A DNA stretch of 64,000 nt, from positions 1 to 64,000 of IMG/VR virus record IMGVR_UViG_3300048591_000147; one strand, written 5' to 3'. The position numbers and the translations under genes were made by a program. Below the pieces are notes generated by a model. It saw nothing but the letters and a program-made list of their open reading frames with translations. It had not been told where the DNA came from and did no database searches. Positions 50,028 through 60,351 of the stretch are shown here, piece by piece. Within the stretch, counting starts at the first letter, position 1. Every line of letters starts with the position of its first letter.

Positions 50028-51261
50028 AAACCCGTAGAGATATTGGCGTTGGTCAAAAATATAACAAACATCAATGCACTTGTTATGTATGTGTGGGTGA
50101 TATCATAGCCTATAGAGACAAAAAATCCCTTGCAGAATACGAAGACTCCGTGTTAGAATATGATCTAACAAAGGATGAAGAACATGAAAGTATTTTGGGT
50201 GTTGGGCTGGGATCAGTATTATCCACGCAGAGATAATTTCTTAGCATCATTTGATAATGAAAAGGATGCGCGACAGTTTATCTACGAGCAAGGCGACTAT
50301 TGGGATAATTATGAAGTCATAAACATCTCCCATAGACTATAGAGTATAATAATCATGATGGTAAATCCTAAAGATACCGTAGTACTAATTGTGCAACATC
50401 TAATAACCAACAAATATAGATTAATCGAATTGGAATCACCAATTGCTAACAAATTGGATGAAGATGAATGCATAGTCGATTCAATTGAAATTGGAAAAAG
50501 TGAACCGTCGCATTTCGTCGCATTCATTACCACTATTCGCTTACAGTATGGTGTTGACTGTAGAATTAGCATTTGTTCTGGAGAACTTGGTTCATATGGT
50601 GAGATACTCTATTTTGAGATTAGAGATGGTAAAAGAAATAAAAATTTCAATCATATCCAATAAATTGAGAACTGTTAATGAATATTAAGATCGGTATGAT
50701 CGTAGAGTTTGTGGACAAGGTCTATGAGCCGCCATTCTACCCTTATTATGAAGCCTACAAGGGCCATAAATTTAAAGTTGATCACATCTATCACGGTGAC
50801 CATCTTGCGTTAACCTGCACCACTGGGGACGTTCTGGTGAACGGTTACGTGCATGACTTTGATGTGAGGGTTGTATGAGCTACGAATTAGACTATTTTCC
50901 ACCAAAACCCTTTAATAGTAACGGGTGGAGTTCAAAGACATTAAATTATAGTCCTTGGCGGAAATCACTATACTTAGGCTCCCCAGCGCAAATTTCATTA
51001 GAAGTCGATCTATTTGATGGCGTATATAAATGGGTCGTGAATGTTACCGATTGGAATTATAAGCATACCCGATATGTTGGAAGAGCTAAGACGGCAAAAG
51101 AAGCATGTCAAAAAGCAGAAGATATGGGCGAAACACAATTATATGTCTTAACTCCCGATTGGATTAAAACAGCGCTACAACATAAATGGCGCCCACCTTT
51201 TATAGAAGGTAATCGTTCTGGGTATTTGGGTGTAGCTGTAGAAATTATTGAGATGGATTAA
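50024..51261 (+). CDS. Hypothetical ORFs (50024, 50355, 50678, 50875)
   Basis: ORF track. Confidence 0.45.
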
Positions 51262-51266
51262 TACAA

Positions 51267-51551
51267 ATGAATGATGTAACGCTACTACCATGCCCATTTT
51301 GTGGGATGGAACCAGAAGATGATTTAATAGACACGTTATATCGATCTGGAATAATGTGGAGAGATCATCCACATCCAGATGGGTCTACCATGCGTTCTTA
51401 TCACGGTAGAGATAAAGCTCAACCGGGAGATGGTTGGTGTTGGACCATGCATTGCACCGAAAATATTGGTGGATGCGGTGCAGAAATAAGTGCTGATAGC
51501 AGAGAAGAAGCTATCGCACGTTGGAATAGACGACCAAGTCAGGAAACTTGA
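51267..51551 (+). CDS. Lar-like (restriction alleviation) Zn-finger protein
   Basis: LLPCPFCG...C..CGA...EAIARWNRR. Confidence 0.7.
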   Translation: MNDVTLLPCPFCGMEPEDDLIDTLYRSGIMWRDHPHPDGSTMRSYHGRDKAQPGDGWCWTMHCTENIGGCGAEISADSREEAIARWNRRPSQET

Positions 51552-52270
51552 TTATGAAAATTATAAGATTTGATACACCTAACCATACCGCTGAGCAAGT
51601 CAAAACAGTGCTATCAACCATCGGATGCGGGTTTGAGTCACATGATGAATCGGCTTGGTTGGTTGGTATAGAAGAAGATAATAAAAATAGCTGTCTTACA
51701 GACTTCTTTGAGGCTATTGGCTTCAAGTATGTCATGGTAGTTTCGATTGACGATGTTAAATCTCTCTTCGTTAATTCTCAAGATGATAATACTATTACAT
51801 TAACAAAATATGTATTAGTTTATCGCATGTACGATAATAAGACTTTTTGCTTTTCTGCAATTAACCCCACCTTCAAGGCTAAGGTGAATGCTGATTATAT
51901 CTTTGCTCCGGGAGTTTATCCAATTCCTATGAAAGATAGATATGGCATATTCTCTAATTCTCATCCTCAGATTCCAAGTGATAGTGAACTTATGCGTTTG
52001 ATGGGGCGATGAGACATGGAAGAAATAACCAAAGAAACATACGGGGACTTTGTCCGCAAGTATTGGTCACAAGACTTGACTGACGAAGAGTGTGATTTCG
52101 TATTATGGAATTTAACAGGATTTCCTATGGTGCCTATTGAAACCATGAAAGAACAACTCCAAACACAGTATAAAGAAAGTGGTGGAAATATCGATCTTGC
52201 TATGAAGACTTATGATGACTATGTCCGTAGAGAGCTTAAACGATTACGGGAAGAAGAAAATGGATTATGA
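51548..52270 (+). CDS. Hypothetical ORFs 51548..52012, 52016..52270
   Basis: ORF track. Confidence 0.45.
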
Positions 52271-52463
52271 TGATATCAGAGTTAAGACACGAGTTGCTTC
52301 AGATCAAGAAAGTGATGCTCTGGATGCTGCTTTAGGATTAAAGAAAGTTGAATTTAGAGTGTCAGAAGACACCTATGATTTGCTAAAACAATTAGCAATA
52401 CACAACGGAGTTAGCCTACCACATCTACTGCGCACGATTATCGAACAAAGGTTAAAGATATGA
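52212..52463 (+). CDS. Ribbon-helix-helix/CopG-like DNA-binding protein
   Basis: VEFRVSEDTYDLLKQLA..NGVSL..LLR.II. Confidence 0.6.
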   Translation: MMTMSVESLNDYGKKKMDYDDIRVKTRVASDQESDALDAALGLKKVEFRVSEDTYDLLKQLAIHNGVSLPHLLRTIIEQRLKI

Positions 52464-54333
52464 ATGATATAAAAGATTGTGCGGAGTTTTATGTATGGAA
52501 GCCATTTGACACTGCACCGAAAGATGGTAGACTAATAGTAATTCGCATGAAGAAATCAGCATTTCCGTTCGTTGCATATTGGTCGCCAGTATTCAAGGCA
52601 TGGGCCGCACCGTCCTTTGAGAAAGAAGAAATTATACAGGACGGAGAATTTACTAGGTTGCGATTTGTGGCTATTATGCCAGAAACTGGTATGGGCGGGT
52701 GGGCACCGATCCCACAAATTACGAGCAGGATGCCATTAGATGATTGAATTAGATAGAGAAGAATATTTTTCTGAAGAAGAATATCAAATCGACGTCCGTA
52801 GGGAACAGATCAAACAACTACAAGCCGAAATTAGAGGGTTGCAGAGTGACGTGCCATGGATTTGTCCGAACTGCGACTATCATAATTTGACGAAACACAG
52901 TACCCTTCATTTATATGAATATTATGTGCCACCATATTCATGCGCCGGTGGCGATTATTATACCCCAGAAAAATATGCAAGAATACAATGTGATAGTTGT
53001 GAACACTATATGCAATTCCTTAGAGCGGAATTAGATATTCCAACTGATTTATTTTTAAGAATTCTGACGCACAAGACAGGTGGATGATGGGCTATATTCC
53101 ACCACCACGACCATTGTATTATCCTATGACCAGAAACTCTGTTCCGCCTCCACCGCCTCCAAAAAGAATTATCAGGGAGGATGCTCCGCTATTATTCAAA
53201 CCGAAAAAGAAAGCCAAAGAAATGAAATTAGAAGTCCTTTCCCATGCCCTTGAAGGTGATACTTTAATTATTAGATATGGCAATGCGGATGGATATCGCA
53301 CGATGAAAGTTGGTCGTCATGGGTCATTAACTGACGTTGACATAAATGAAGCGTTAGAGCAGATAGTTGAGCAAAAAGATTTGGCAGAGGTTAAAAAATT
53401 ATATAGCCCATATCTCAGTCCATCATATTCTTCTAAAGAAGAATGGTTTGGGAAAATAGTTGTTGACGAGAGTAAGAAATATTGTAATAGAGTTACTAAA
53501 TACGCGGATGCGGCAGACTACTATAAAAAATTGAGCACAAACCAAAAAGAGCAAATTGAAAAGCCTAAATTTCCGCCAAATATGTTGATTAATGAATCCA
53601 CTGGTAAAGTTACATATGATGTGGATGATCGCGTAATAGTGGAACAGGCACAAGCAGACCATCATGCTGAATGGGGTAATCATGCCCCATCAAAAAGCGA
53701 ATGGTATGATATTTTCCCAGAAAAAAGAAAAAAGAAATCATTGTGGGAAAGGATCATTGACAGAATTATCAAAAATATAGTATGGGGTAAGTGAATGCGT
53801 AAGCTAGAAGGTGAGTGGACAATAGAATATGAAAAGCCGGTTAGGCAATATCATAGTCGGGCATTACGAATGATGGTTAAACAGTTAAAACAAGAGATAG
53901 CCGATGATGCTAAAGTAATTGTTGACAAATATGCGACTGAAGCCGTCTTAAAACATCTGATTAAAGAGCTTCGTAAACAGACGAAAGAGAGATTTAAGAA
54001 ATGAATTATACAGTGAATGGCCCATTTATTATATTGGATGGAGTTAATAGGGGAGGTCCGAGCTATAAGCTTGATGCCAATTTTGATTTAGATATATCTT
54101 GGGAGAAAACTTCGAAGCGTAGATTGAATACCAATAGAATCCTACCAAAGAGTAAAAGAAATCATAATATTATTCAACCTTGGCAGTCATCATATAAGCG
54201 GTGGAATAGAAATCCCCATATTATCGAAAGACTTCTCGTTAAGAAATGCGCTAAAGAGATATGTGATGAAATTGATAAGGAGCTTATGGCAGATTTAGTA
54301 AAATTATTTAGAGGGCCATTATTTAATGTATAA
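52460..54333 (+). CDS. DUF551-like 52460..52747, Zn-finger 52740..53087, Pro-rich 53084..53794, hypotheticals 53795..54004 and 54001..54333
   Basis: Motifs WKPFDTAPKDG; CPNC/CDSC; PPPPPP. Confidence 0.5.
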
Positions 54334-54730
54334 CATAGCAAACTTGACATATAACTGCAATTTCAAGATTGATTACACGAACTATAAGGGCGAACGTTCA
54401 GTAAGAACTATTCGCCCAATTTGCATATGGTTTGGATCAACAGAATATCACAAAGAGTCGCAATTTCTTTTAAACGCTTTGGATGTCGATAAAAATGAAG
54501 AGAGGGATTTCGCGATGAAGGATATCCACGATCTAGAGCTTGATAACCAAGACGGTTATTACAATCCACTATTGTTACAAGAAGATTACATTTTTCCATA
54601 TCCTTCCAATAGTGGGGCGACAGTTGAAGGTGATAATGTAATTATACTAGACAGAGAAGAATTGCTCAAACAGTTGACAAGGACTCTGCTACCAGATACT
54701 ATAGAGCCATCAAATGAGAAACAAGAATAA
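54326..54730 (+). CDS. WYL-domain protein
   Basis: IDYTNYKGERSVRTIRP..IW.G......LLNALD.DK..ERDFAM.DI. Confidence 0.8.
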   Translation: MYNIANLTYNCNFKIDYTNYKGERSVRTIRPICIWFGSTEYHKESQFLLNALDVDKNEERDFAMKDIHDLELDNQDGYYNPLLLQEDYIFPYPSNSGATVEGDNVIILDREELLKQLTRTLLPDTIEPSNEKQE

Positions 54731-54871
54731 CATATGTAACCGGAAACGGTGTCATTAAAGGCGGTTGAATACTACCCGGCTGAGATTAGACAGAGAGGTT
54801 CGAAACTCTCAAACTATCGAGAACTAAGGAATGGACCGGGTTCGTTATCACAATGTCAACCTGCATATGTT
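54729..54871 (+). ncRNA. Candidate structured RNA with a T-arm-like hairpin
   Basis: AACATATG/CATATGTT closing helix; ACCG-GAAA-CGGT; ACCCGG/CCGGGT; GAGAG-GTTCGAAA-CTCTC. Confidence 0.5.
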
Positions 54872-54891
54872 TTACTTATATGTAATAGTAC

Positions 54892-54963
54892 ACCCTGTTA
54901 GTAATAGCGGCTAGAATATCTATATTGATCTGGAAGAGGACGGTTCGATACCGTCACAGGGTG
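54892..54963 (+). pseudogene. tRNA-like gene with distorted anticodon arm (Gln TTG-like)
   Basis: ACCCTGT/ACAGGGT, GACGG-TTCGATA-CCGTC intact; 4-bp stem with 8-nt loop TATTGATC. Confidence 0.55.
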
Positions 54964-54979
54964 TATGAAAAAGAATTAA

Positions 54980-55054
54980 GCCCATTTAGCTCAGAGAAAG
55001 AGCAGCGATAGCGTATAGCGGCGAGCGCGGGTTCAAGTCCCGTAGTGGGCTCCA
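54980..55054 (+). pseudogene. tRNA-like gene with intact acceptor/D/T arms and CCA but an unpaired anticodon arm
   Basis: GCCCATT/AGTGGGC-T-CCA; GCTC/GAGC; GCGGG-TTCAAGT-CCCGT. Confidence 0.6.
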
Positions 55055-55077
55055 AATTATACAGGAATATTGGCTTT

Positions 55078-55488
55078 ATGATGTCTGCAAATGGTTTAAC
55101 AAAATTGATGGAAGAATGTGGTGAACTAGTTCAGATATGCGCGAAGAAAATTGCCTATTATGATAGTGATGATCACCCGGATGGTAAAGGTTCCATGAGA
55201 ACCAGAATGACTGAAGAGATGGGTGATGTGCTTGCAGCAATAGCATTCGTTGTAAGAAAATTTGAGATCAATCAAGACACTCTTGACGCCAGAAAAAAGA
55301 AAAAGCTAGAACTATTTCTAGAATGGGATAACCGTGATTCCAACATTGCTGACGGTTGTGACTTTAATAATGTCAATTTGAAGAAAGTCCTTAAGACGTT
55401 GGAGTTCGAACGAGACAACATAAAACATATGAGTGTGATCAACGCAGAGCTTCGTAAGCGTATCAAAGAGCTTGAGACTGCTAGTTGA
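55078..55488 (+). CDS. MazG-like nucleotide pyrophosphohydrolase
   Basis: KLMEECGELVQ...EEMGDVLAAI. Confidence 0.8.
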   Translation: MMSANGLTKLMEECGELVQICAKKIAYYDSDDHPDGKGSMRTRMTEEMGDVLAAIAFVVRKFEINQDTLDARKKKKLELFLEWDNRDSNIADGCDFNNVNLKKVLKTLEFERDNIKHMSVINAELRKRIKELETAS

Positions 55489-55539
55489 CAACCGCCCTGT
55501 ACGTCTCTATCATGTGTCAACACTTACGGAATCTTAGAA

Positions 55540-56851
55540 ATGTTTACATATTTTTTAATTTGGTACGTCGCACCAGCAATCTTACTATCGATTATCCATA
55601 ATTATGATGTTTTCATAAAAAAGGCAACGAATTATTCAATCAGAGAATACATTATAGGCGTAATTTGGTGTCTAGTACCAGTAGCAAATATTGTCTTTTT
55701 TCTTGGATGTATAATTTCGGATATTCATGCATTCCTCACGAATGGTAGATTTTCAGATTGGTTAGATAAATCTATTAATAACTATAGGAAGTAAGATGAT
55801 GCTATTTTTTACTTTAATATACGTTATACCAACTGTGTTTATGCTCTGTTTCAACCACTATGAGATCGTATATAGCAGTTGTAGGGCTTACACGAATGCA
55901 GAATACTTGTTCGGTGTACTAATCTCTTTCGTACCAATCATCAATGCTGTAATGATGTTGTCATTACTGTCTATGTATGTAGAAAATTGGAATTTACTAA
56001 GTCGATTTACCAATAAAATAACCAAGTGGTTGGATACTCCAGTTAAAAAAGGAAAGTTGTCATGAGTTCAATTGCAATATTTGTAGTAGTTTACCTAATA
56101 CCTTGCGTGATTATTTTATCAATCATGAATTATAGCGTTTTCATTAACAAAGAAGAAGTAACAATCGGCGGGTATATCGGTTTCACAGTATTAGCGCTGT
56201 TCCCAGTAATGAACGTTATTGTGTGTATGGCATTCATAATAATGTATATCGATGAATTTGCCATGAACTGTAAAGCAATAGACAGATTTAAAGCATGGCT
56301 GGATAAGCCGCTACTAAAACGATAGGAATAATGTGTTATGATGATGATTGTAGTATTTGGATATATTTTACCACTAATAGTTACACTGGCTTGTCTAAAC
56401 TATTACACATTCGTGTATAAGAAAGAGATCATTACGATAACCCAATACGCTTGTGTGACAGTTGCCGCACTGGCGCCCGTGCTGAATTTGATGGCCGCGA
56501 TTATAGGTACGGGGTTCATAGTTGAAGAGACAACATTGTTTGACGGTATTAAAAAAGTTTTAAGCAAACCAATCAACAGGGATTAATATGATTTTACTTT
56601 CGATATGGCTAGTTCCAGCGATCATTAGCTTGATCTGCCTCTTCATTGCGATAGTCATTCAAAAGATGACAGGATTTAATAGGTTTAATGTAATCGTATT
56701 AGCTTTACTGTCATTTGCGCCTGTAATGAATATGTTTTTAGCTGCAATTGGAATGATTCAAGTTTTGATATCTAGTAGATTCTATCCAAAAATTGAAGAA
56801 TGGAGTGATTCGGCATCTAGTTGGTTGACTAAACCAATAAACAAGGATTGA
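55540..56851 (+). CDS. Five tandem paralogous small two-TM membrane proteins (55540, 55796, 56062, 56338, 56588)
   Basis: Shared Y.(I/L)P TM1, (F/L).P..N TM2 and C-terminal (W)L.KP(I/V). Confidence 0.7.
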
Positions 56852-56852
56852 C

Positions 56853-57189
56853 ATGGACGCAGAAGAGATTAAAGAATTGATAAGAGATTATATTAAAGAT
56901 AGTCTCAGCATAGAAATTAGAAGATCTTACGATTATGGGTTCGGTGGTGATACTGATGTGCGTCTGGAAGTCAAGCTATTTTTAGGTAGCGATCAGATAT
57001 CATCTGATTATATTACATTGTAGTGAGAATACTATGGACAAAGAAGAACTTAAAGAGTATCTTAGGGATAACCTTAAGGTGCGCGTAAAGGCCGAATACG
57101 GTGACTATGATGGCACACCGTCATCATTCTCTGTTAGACTCTTCTTAGAAGATGAAGAGATTTCCTACGATAATGATTCTCTACGCTAA
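56853..57189 (+). CDS. Two small paralogous acidic proteins (56853..57023, 57034..57189), below the track cut-off
   Basis: MD.EE.KE..RD.....  ..V.LFL..  .IS.D. Confidence 0.55.
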
Positions 57190-57213
57190 TAATTCAATTA
57201 AGGATTAAGGTAA

Positions 57214-58206
57214 ATGGGCTGCTATAACAACACATGCGGAATCTCACAATTTCCCATCATTGCCGGTGATAAGACTGTAAACTTTATCATTGTATCTACA
57301 TCTTGGAAGACTGATCCTCGTCCTTCCTATATGAATACCGCTTGGAACGTAATTCCAATTCCATTTTATGGAGAGTATGACGATTATGGTTGGCAAAAAG
57401 ATGATAAGAAACAACAACTTAAATACAAGTTTTTGTCAAACTTTTATAAAGGTCAGTTAGTCTGCATGGACGCTGATAGGGCTAGCCGTGATAAGATCGA
57501 AGACCCGTTCAAAGATAATAAATCACTGGGTAGTTCCATCCATGGTAATGTTTGGCATATTAATAATCCATGGCATGAGCAAGACATCGCGAATGAGTCA
57601 CCCACCAGAACAATTTCCAATTTTATGGTGAGCCGTACAGTCCTTGATACCTTAACTGAATCGGTCGTGGAAACGTACCCAACAGAGAAAGTATATACAA
57701 AGGCTGATTTCATCGAAACGTTGGATGAATTTTTTAAGCTGTCTGCAAATAATCCAAACGAACGTAGGTTTCAAGAGCTTTCCGAAAAGAAGAAAGTGCG
57801 TGAACTAGATGAAACAGAAAACAAAGAGTTTTATGAATTGATAGTCGAAAAGCTTCACGGTTTAAAGAAACACAATTTAGTACAAGAATTTCTTACTAAA
57901 AAATATGGTGAGAGAAGTTATTTCAATACGATGGGTGGGCTGTTGCGTTGGGTGACTGAACGTTCCGGTTCAGAGTGGCGCGATGAAATCAGTATGACTG
58001 AATTGTTAGAGGCCAATGTATTATCTTCGGAAGATATTGTTAATATGTTCTTGATGAAGAGTTCCATGGATACTCTTCGTAAGAGTTTTCATCCGATGTC
58101 TGGCTATGGTTCGCAGGAAGGATTTGGTGCTGCACATAGCAAGTTGATTGTAGCCATGCAAAAGATGATAGACTATGATAACGTCAGGTATGCGGAGTAC
58201 GAGTGA
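57214..58206 (+). CDS. Hypothetical protein
   Basis: 330-aa ORF; MGCYN.TC.IS..PI motif. Confidence 0.6.
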   Translation: MGCYNNTCGISQFPIIAGDKTVNFIIVSTSWKTDPRPSYMNTAWNVIPIPFYGEYDDYGWQKDDKKQQLKYKFLSNFYKGQLVCMDADRASRDKIEDPFKDNKSLGSSIHGNVWHINNPWHEQDIANESPTRTISNFMVSRTVLDTLTESVVETYPTEKVYTKADFIETLDEFFKLSANNPNERRFQELSEKKKVRELDETENKEFYELIVEKLHGLKKHNLVQEFLTKKYGERSYFNTMGGLLRWVTERSGSEWRDEISMTELLEANVLSSEDIVNMFLMKSSMDTLRKSFHPMSGYGSQEGFGAAHSKLIVAMQKMIDYDNVRYAEYE

Positions 58207-58300
58207 ACATATTTGTAGTAGATTACAATCTAAATTTTTGCATGAACTCACCACATAAAGCATAAATACTCTTGAAGTTGTTCAAAATCAGGAGCATAAT

Positions 58301-58885
58301 ATGAACACATGTAAAGAATGCGGAAAAGAAAGAAGAGAAGGTCGTCAATTTTGTTCTGTTGTATGTTCGAATACACATAAAGGTAGAATAATATTTAAAA
58401 TTAATGATGAAAAAGGTATACACAAAACATGTGTGACTTGCAACAAGTCTAAATGTCTCAACGCTTTTTCTTTCAACATACGAAATAATTTTGAATCTGG
58501 GAAAAAAGACCAGTGTAAACGTTGTGGTGCTAATATCCGAGAAACTAAGAGAAGAGATAGAACTTGGAAAGATGATGCGACACTAATAATGTTGTCCAAT
58601 TCTAGACAACGCGCAAAAAATGCGGGTATGGAGAACACATTAAAAAGATCTGACATCCAAATCCCAGATCTTTGTCCAGTATTTAATGTCCCCCTAATGC
58701 GTGAAGATAAAAGTACATGGCTGTATTCCCCATCGATAGACAGAATAGATAATACAAAAGGGTATACACCCGATAACATAGTAATTGTTAGTAGAAGAGC
58801 GAATATTTTAAAGAAAGACGCTACAATTGACGAATTAAGAATGATGCACGAATTTTACCAAAAATTATGGAGGGATAAGAATTAA
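58301..58885 (+). CDS. HNH-like homing endonuclease
   Basis: Zn-finger Cys pairs; CPVF..PL..SPSIDRIDN.KGYT.DNI..VS.RAN. Confidence 0.85.
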   Translation: MNTCKECGKERREGRQFCSVVCSNTHKGRIIFKINDEKGIHKTCVTCNKSKCLNAFSFNIRNNFESGKKDQCKRCGANIRETKRRDRTWKDDATLIMLSNSRQRAKNAGMENTLKRSDIQIPDLCPVFNVPLMREDKSTWLYSPSIDRIDNTKGYTPDNIVIVSRRANILKKDATIDELRMMHEFYQKLWRDKN

Positions 58886-59345
58886 CATATTCATTGTAAA
58901 CTATAATCCAATTTTAGCTGCGCAACAACTAAATGATAAACATGTCGTGCGCATGCCGTTAGAAGGTTCCCAAATGCTATCTACTGTAATGCATCGCTAT
59001 GGTGTTGTGTGTACTTACAAGCCAACGCATCGTAATCATCCCTGTACGCTCTGGGCTGGCAACAGTAAGCAGAATTTCATCTGGCTATGGATTCATACCA
59101 TGGAACTGTTTAAAGAGTATACGCGACGTTACGGAAAGATTCATAAGAGCGAACAGTATATGAAGGAATACACATGCCCTGTGGAGATTCCTAATATTGG
59201 TCTAACTCCGTTTGCGCAGGCTATGCCTGACCAGTATAGACATGAAGATGCGGTCACCGCATATCGTAGTTATTATATTGGTGATAAATCTGGTTTTTCA
59301 ACGTGGAAGCTTGGTAACACTCCAGAGTGGTTCTTGACACAGTAA
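58881..59345 (+). CDS. Pyrimidine-dimer DNA glycosylase (DenV-like) family protein, probable ATT start
   Basis: (I)NIFIV...A.Q.L.DKHVV.M.LE..QMLST; YK.TH.NHPC..W; AYR.YY..K. Confidence 0.75.
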   Translation: MNIFIVNYNPILAAQQLNDKHVVRMPLEGSQMLSTVMHRYGVVCTYKPTHRNHPCTLWAGNSKQNFIWLWIHTMELFKEYTRRYGKIHKSEQYMKEYTCPVEIPNIGLTPFAQAMPDQYRHEDAVTAYRSYYIGDKSGFSTWKLGNTPEWFLTQ

Positions 59346-59389
59346 CCAAATTATCCTATGATTGAGACAAACTCCAAAAGGAATTCACT

Positions 59390-59847
59390 ATGTTTTTCGT
59401 TATATATTTAATACTCGTTATCTGTAGCTTGTTTGGCATTTACAGATTAGTATATTTTAGTGACACCACCTACTTTAATTGGATAGGTTTAATTGCATCT
59501 ATATTTCTCAGTTTCGTTCCGTTTGTTAACTTGGCCATAGCAATTGCTTTTTGCGGAATTGCCATTGGAGAGACAGACCGCTGGAAGCGAATAGCGGAAT
59601 TTCTTGAGTCGTCTGTTAAACTTAAAAAGGATTGATCATGAAATTGTCAGTTTCAGAACAGAAAACTAGAGAATTAATACAACCTATGTTGGATTTATTT
59701 GGTGGTGCGGATGGTGGTGTTGGTTTCGTAAGGATGCGTGCATTTATAAATGACATTATCGAGAAGACCGATAAGTCAGCTCTAGAATCACACTTCTTAT
59801 CTGACTTGGAAAGAATGTCAAGATTATGTGAAGGTATGATGAAATGA
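59390..59847 (+). CDS. Small membrane protein of the P..N family (59390..59635) and hypothetical (59632..59847)
   Basis: FVPFVNL motif. Confidence 0.5.
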
Positions 59848-60191
59848 AGGATGATGTCTGGACTTTAAATAATGCTGCGCTGTTTTGCACGCTGCTAGAG
59901 GCTATTGCACCTTCATATGGTTTTCATGTAGCATTGACTGGTGGTTGTCTATACAAAGACGGTCCCCGAAAGGACTGTGATGTTATTTTGTATAGAATTA
60001 GAACAGATGGGCAGCCATCAACTACTCCCGTAGAAGAGCTATTAAAAGCCTTCAAAACTAAGATCGGAATTTCCAGACTGACGGATCATGGATTCGTTGT
60101 CAAGGCCGAATACGAAGGTAGACAGGTAGATTTTTTGATTCCTGAAAGCGAGCCTACGGAAGTTGATTATGCTGGTAACCACGGTGGATGA
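59844..60191 (+). CDS. Minimal nucleotidyltransferase-like protein
   Basis: VALTGGCLY.....KDCDVILY...VDFL (GG/DxD/D triad). Confidence 0.6.
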   Translation: MKDDVWTLNNAALFCTLLEAIAPSYGFHVALTGGCLYKDGPRKDCDVILYRIRTDGQPSTTPVEELLKAFKTKIGISRLTDHGFVVKAEYEGRQVDFLIPESEPTEVDYAGNHGG

Positions 60192-60351
60192 TTTATGTTA
60201 GATTACTATCCAGAATTTTCATGGCGTAAGGCGTCAACTAGACAAAGATTAAGACATTGTGTAAGTCAAGCGTCTTGGTTGTGCCTGCTACCAGTATTAT
60301 ACGTAATTGGAATGACGCAAAAGAAACGTAAACAACGAAGGACACAGAACA

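Noticed and set aside
54001-54333. Major capsid protein fragment (AKEICDEIDKELMADL resembles a gp23 helix)
   Set aside because: The match is one short amphipathic helix, too little to support homology
54729-54871. Eleventh Y-like RNA
   Set aside because: It has a T-arm-like hairpin but lacks the GTCGA/CTTAC bulged helix; kept as a separate unassigned RNA
55045-55077. GTG start for the MazG-like gene
   Set aside because: It lies inside the acceptor stem of the upstream tRNA-like gene; ATG 55078/55081 has an AGGA RBS
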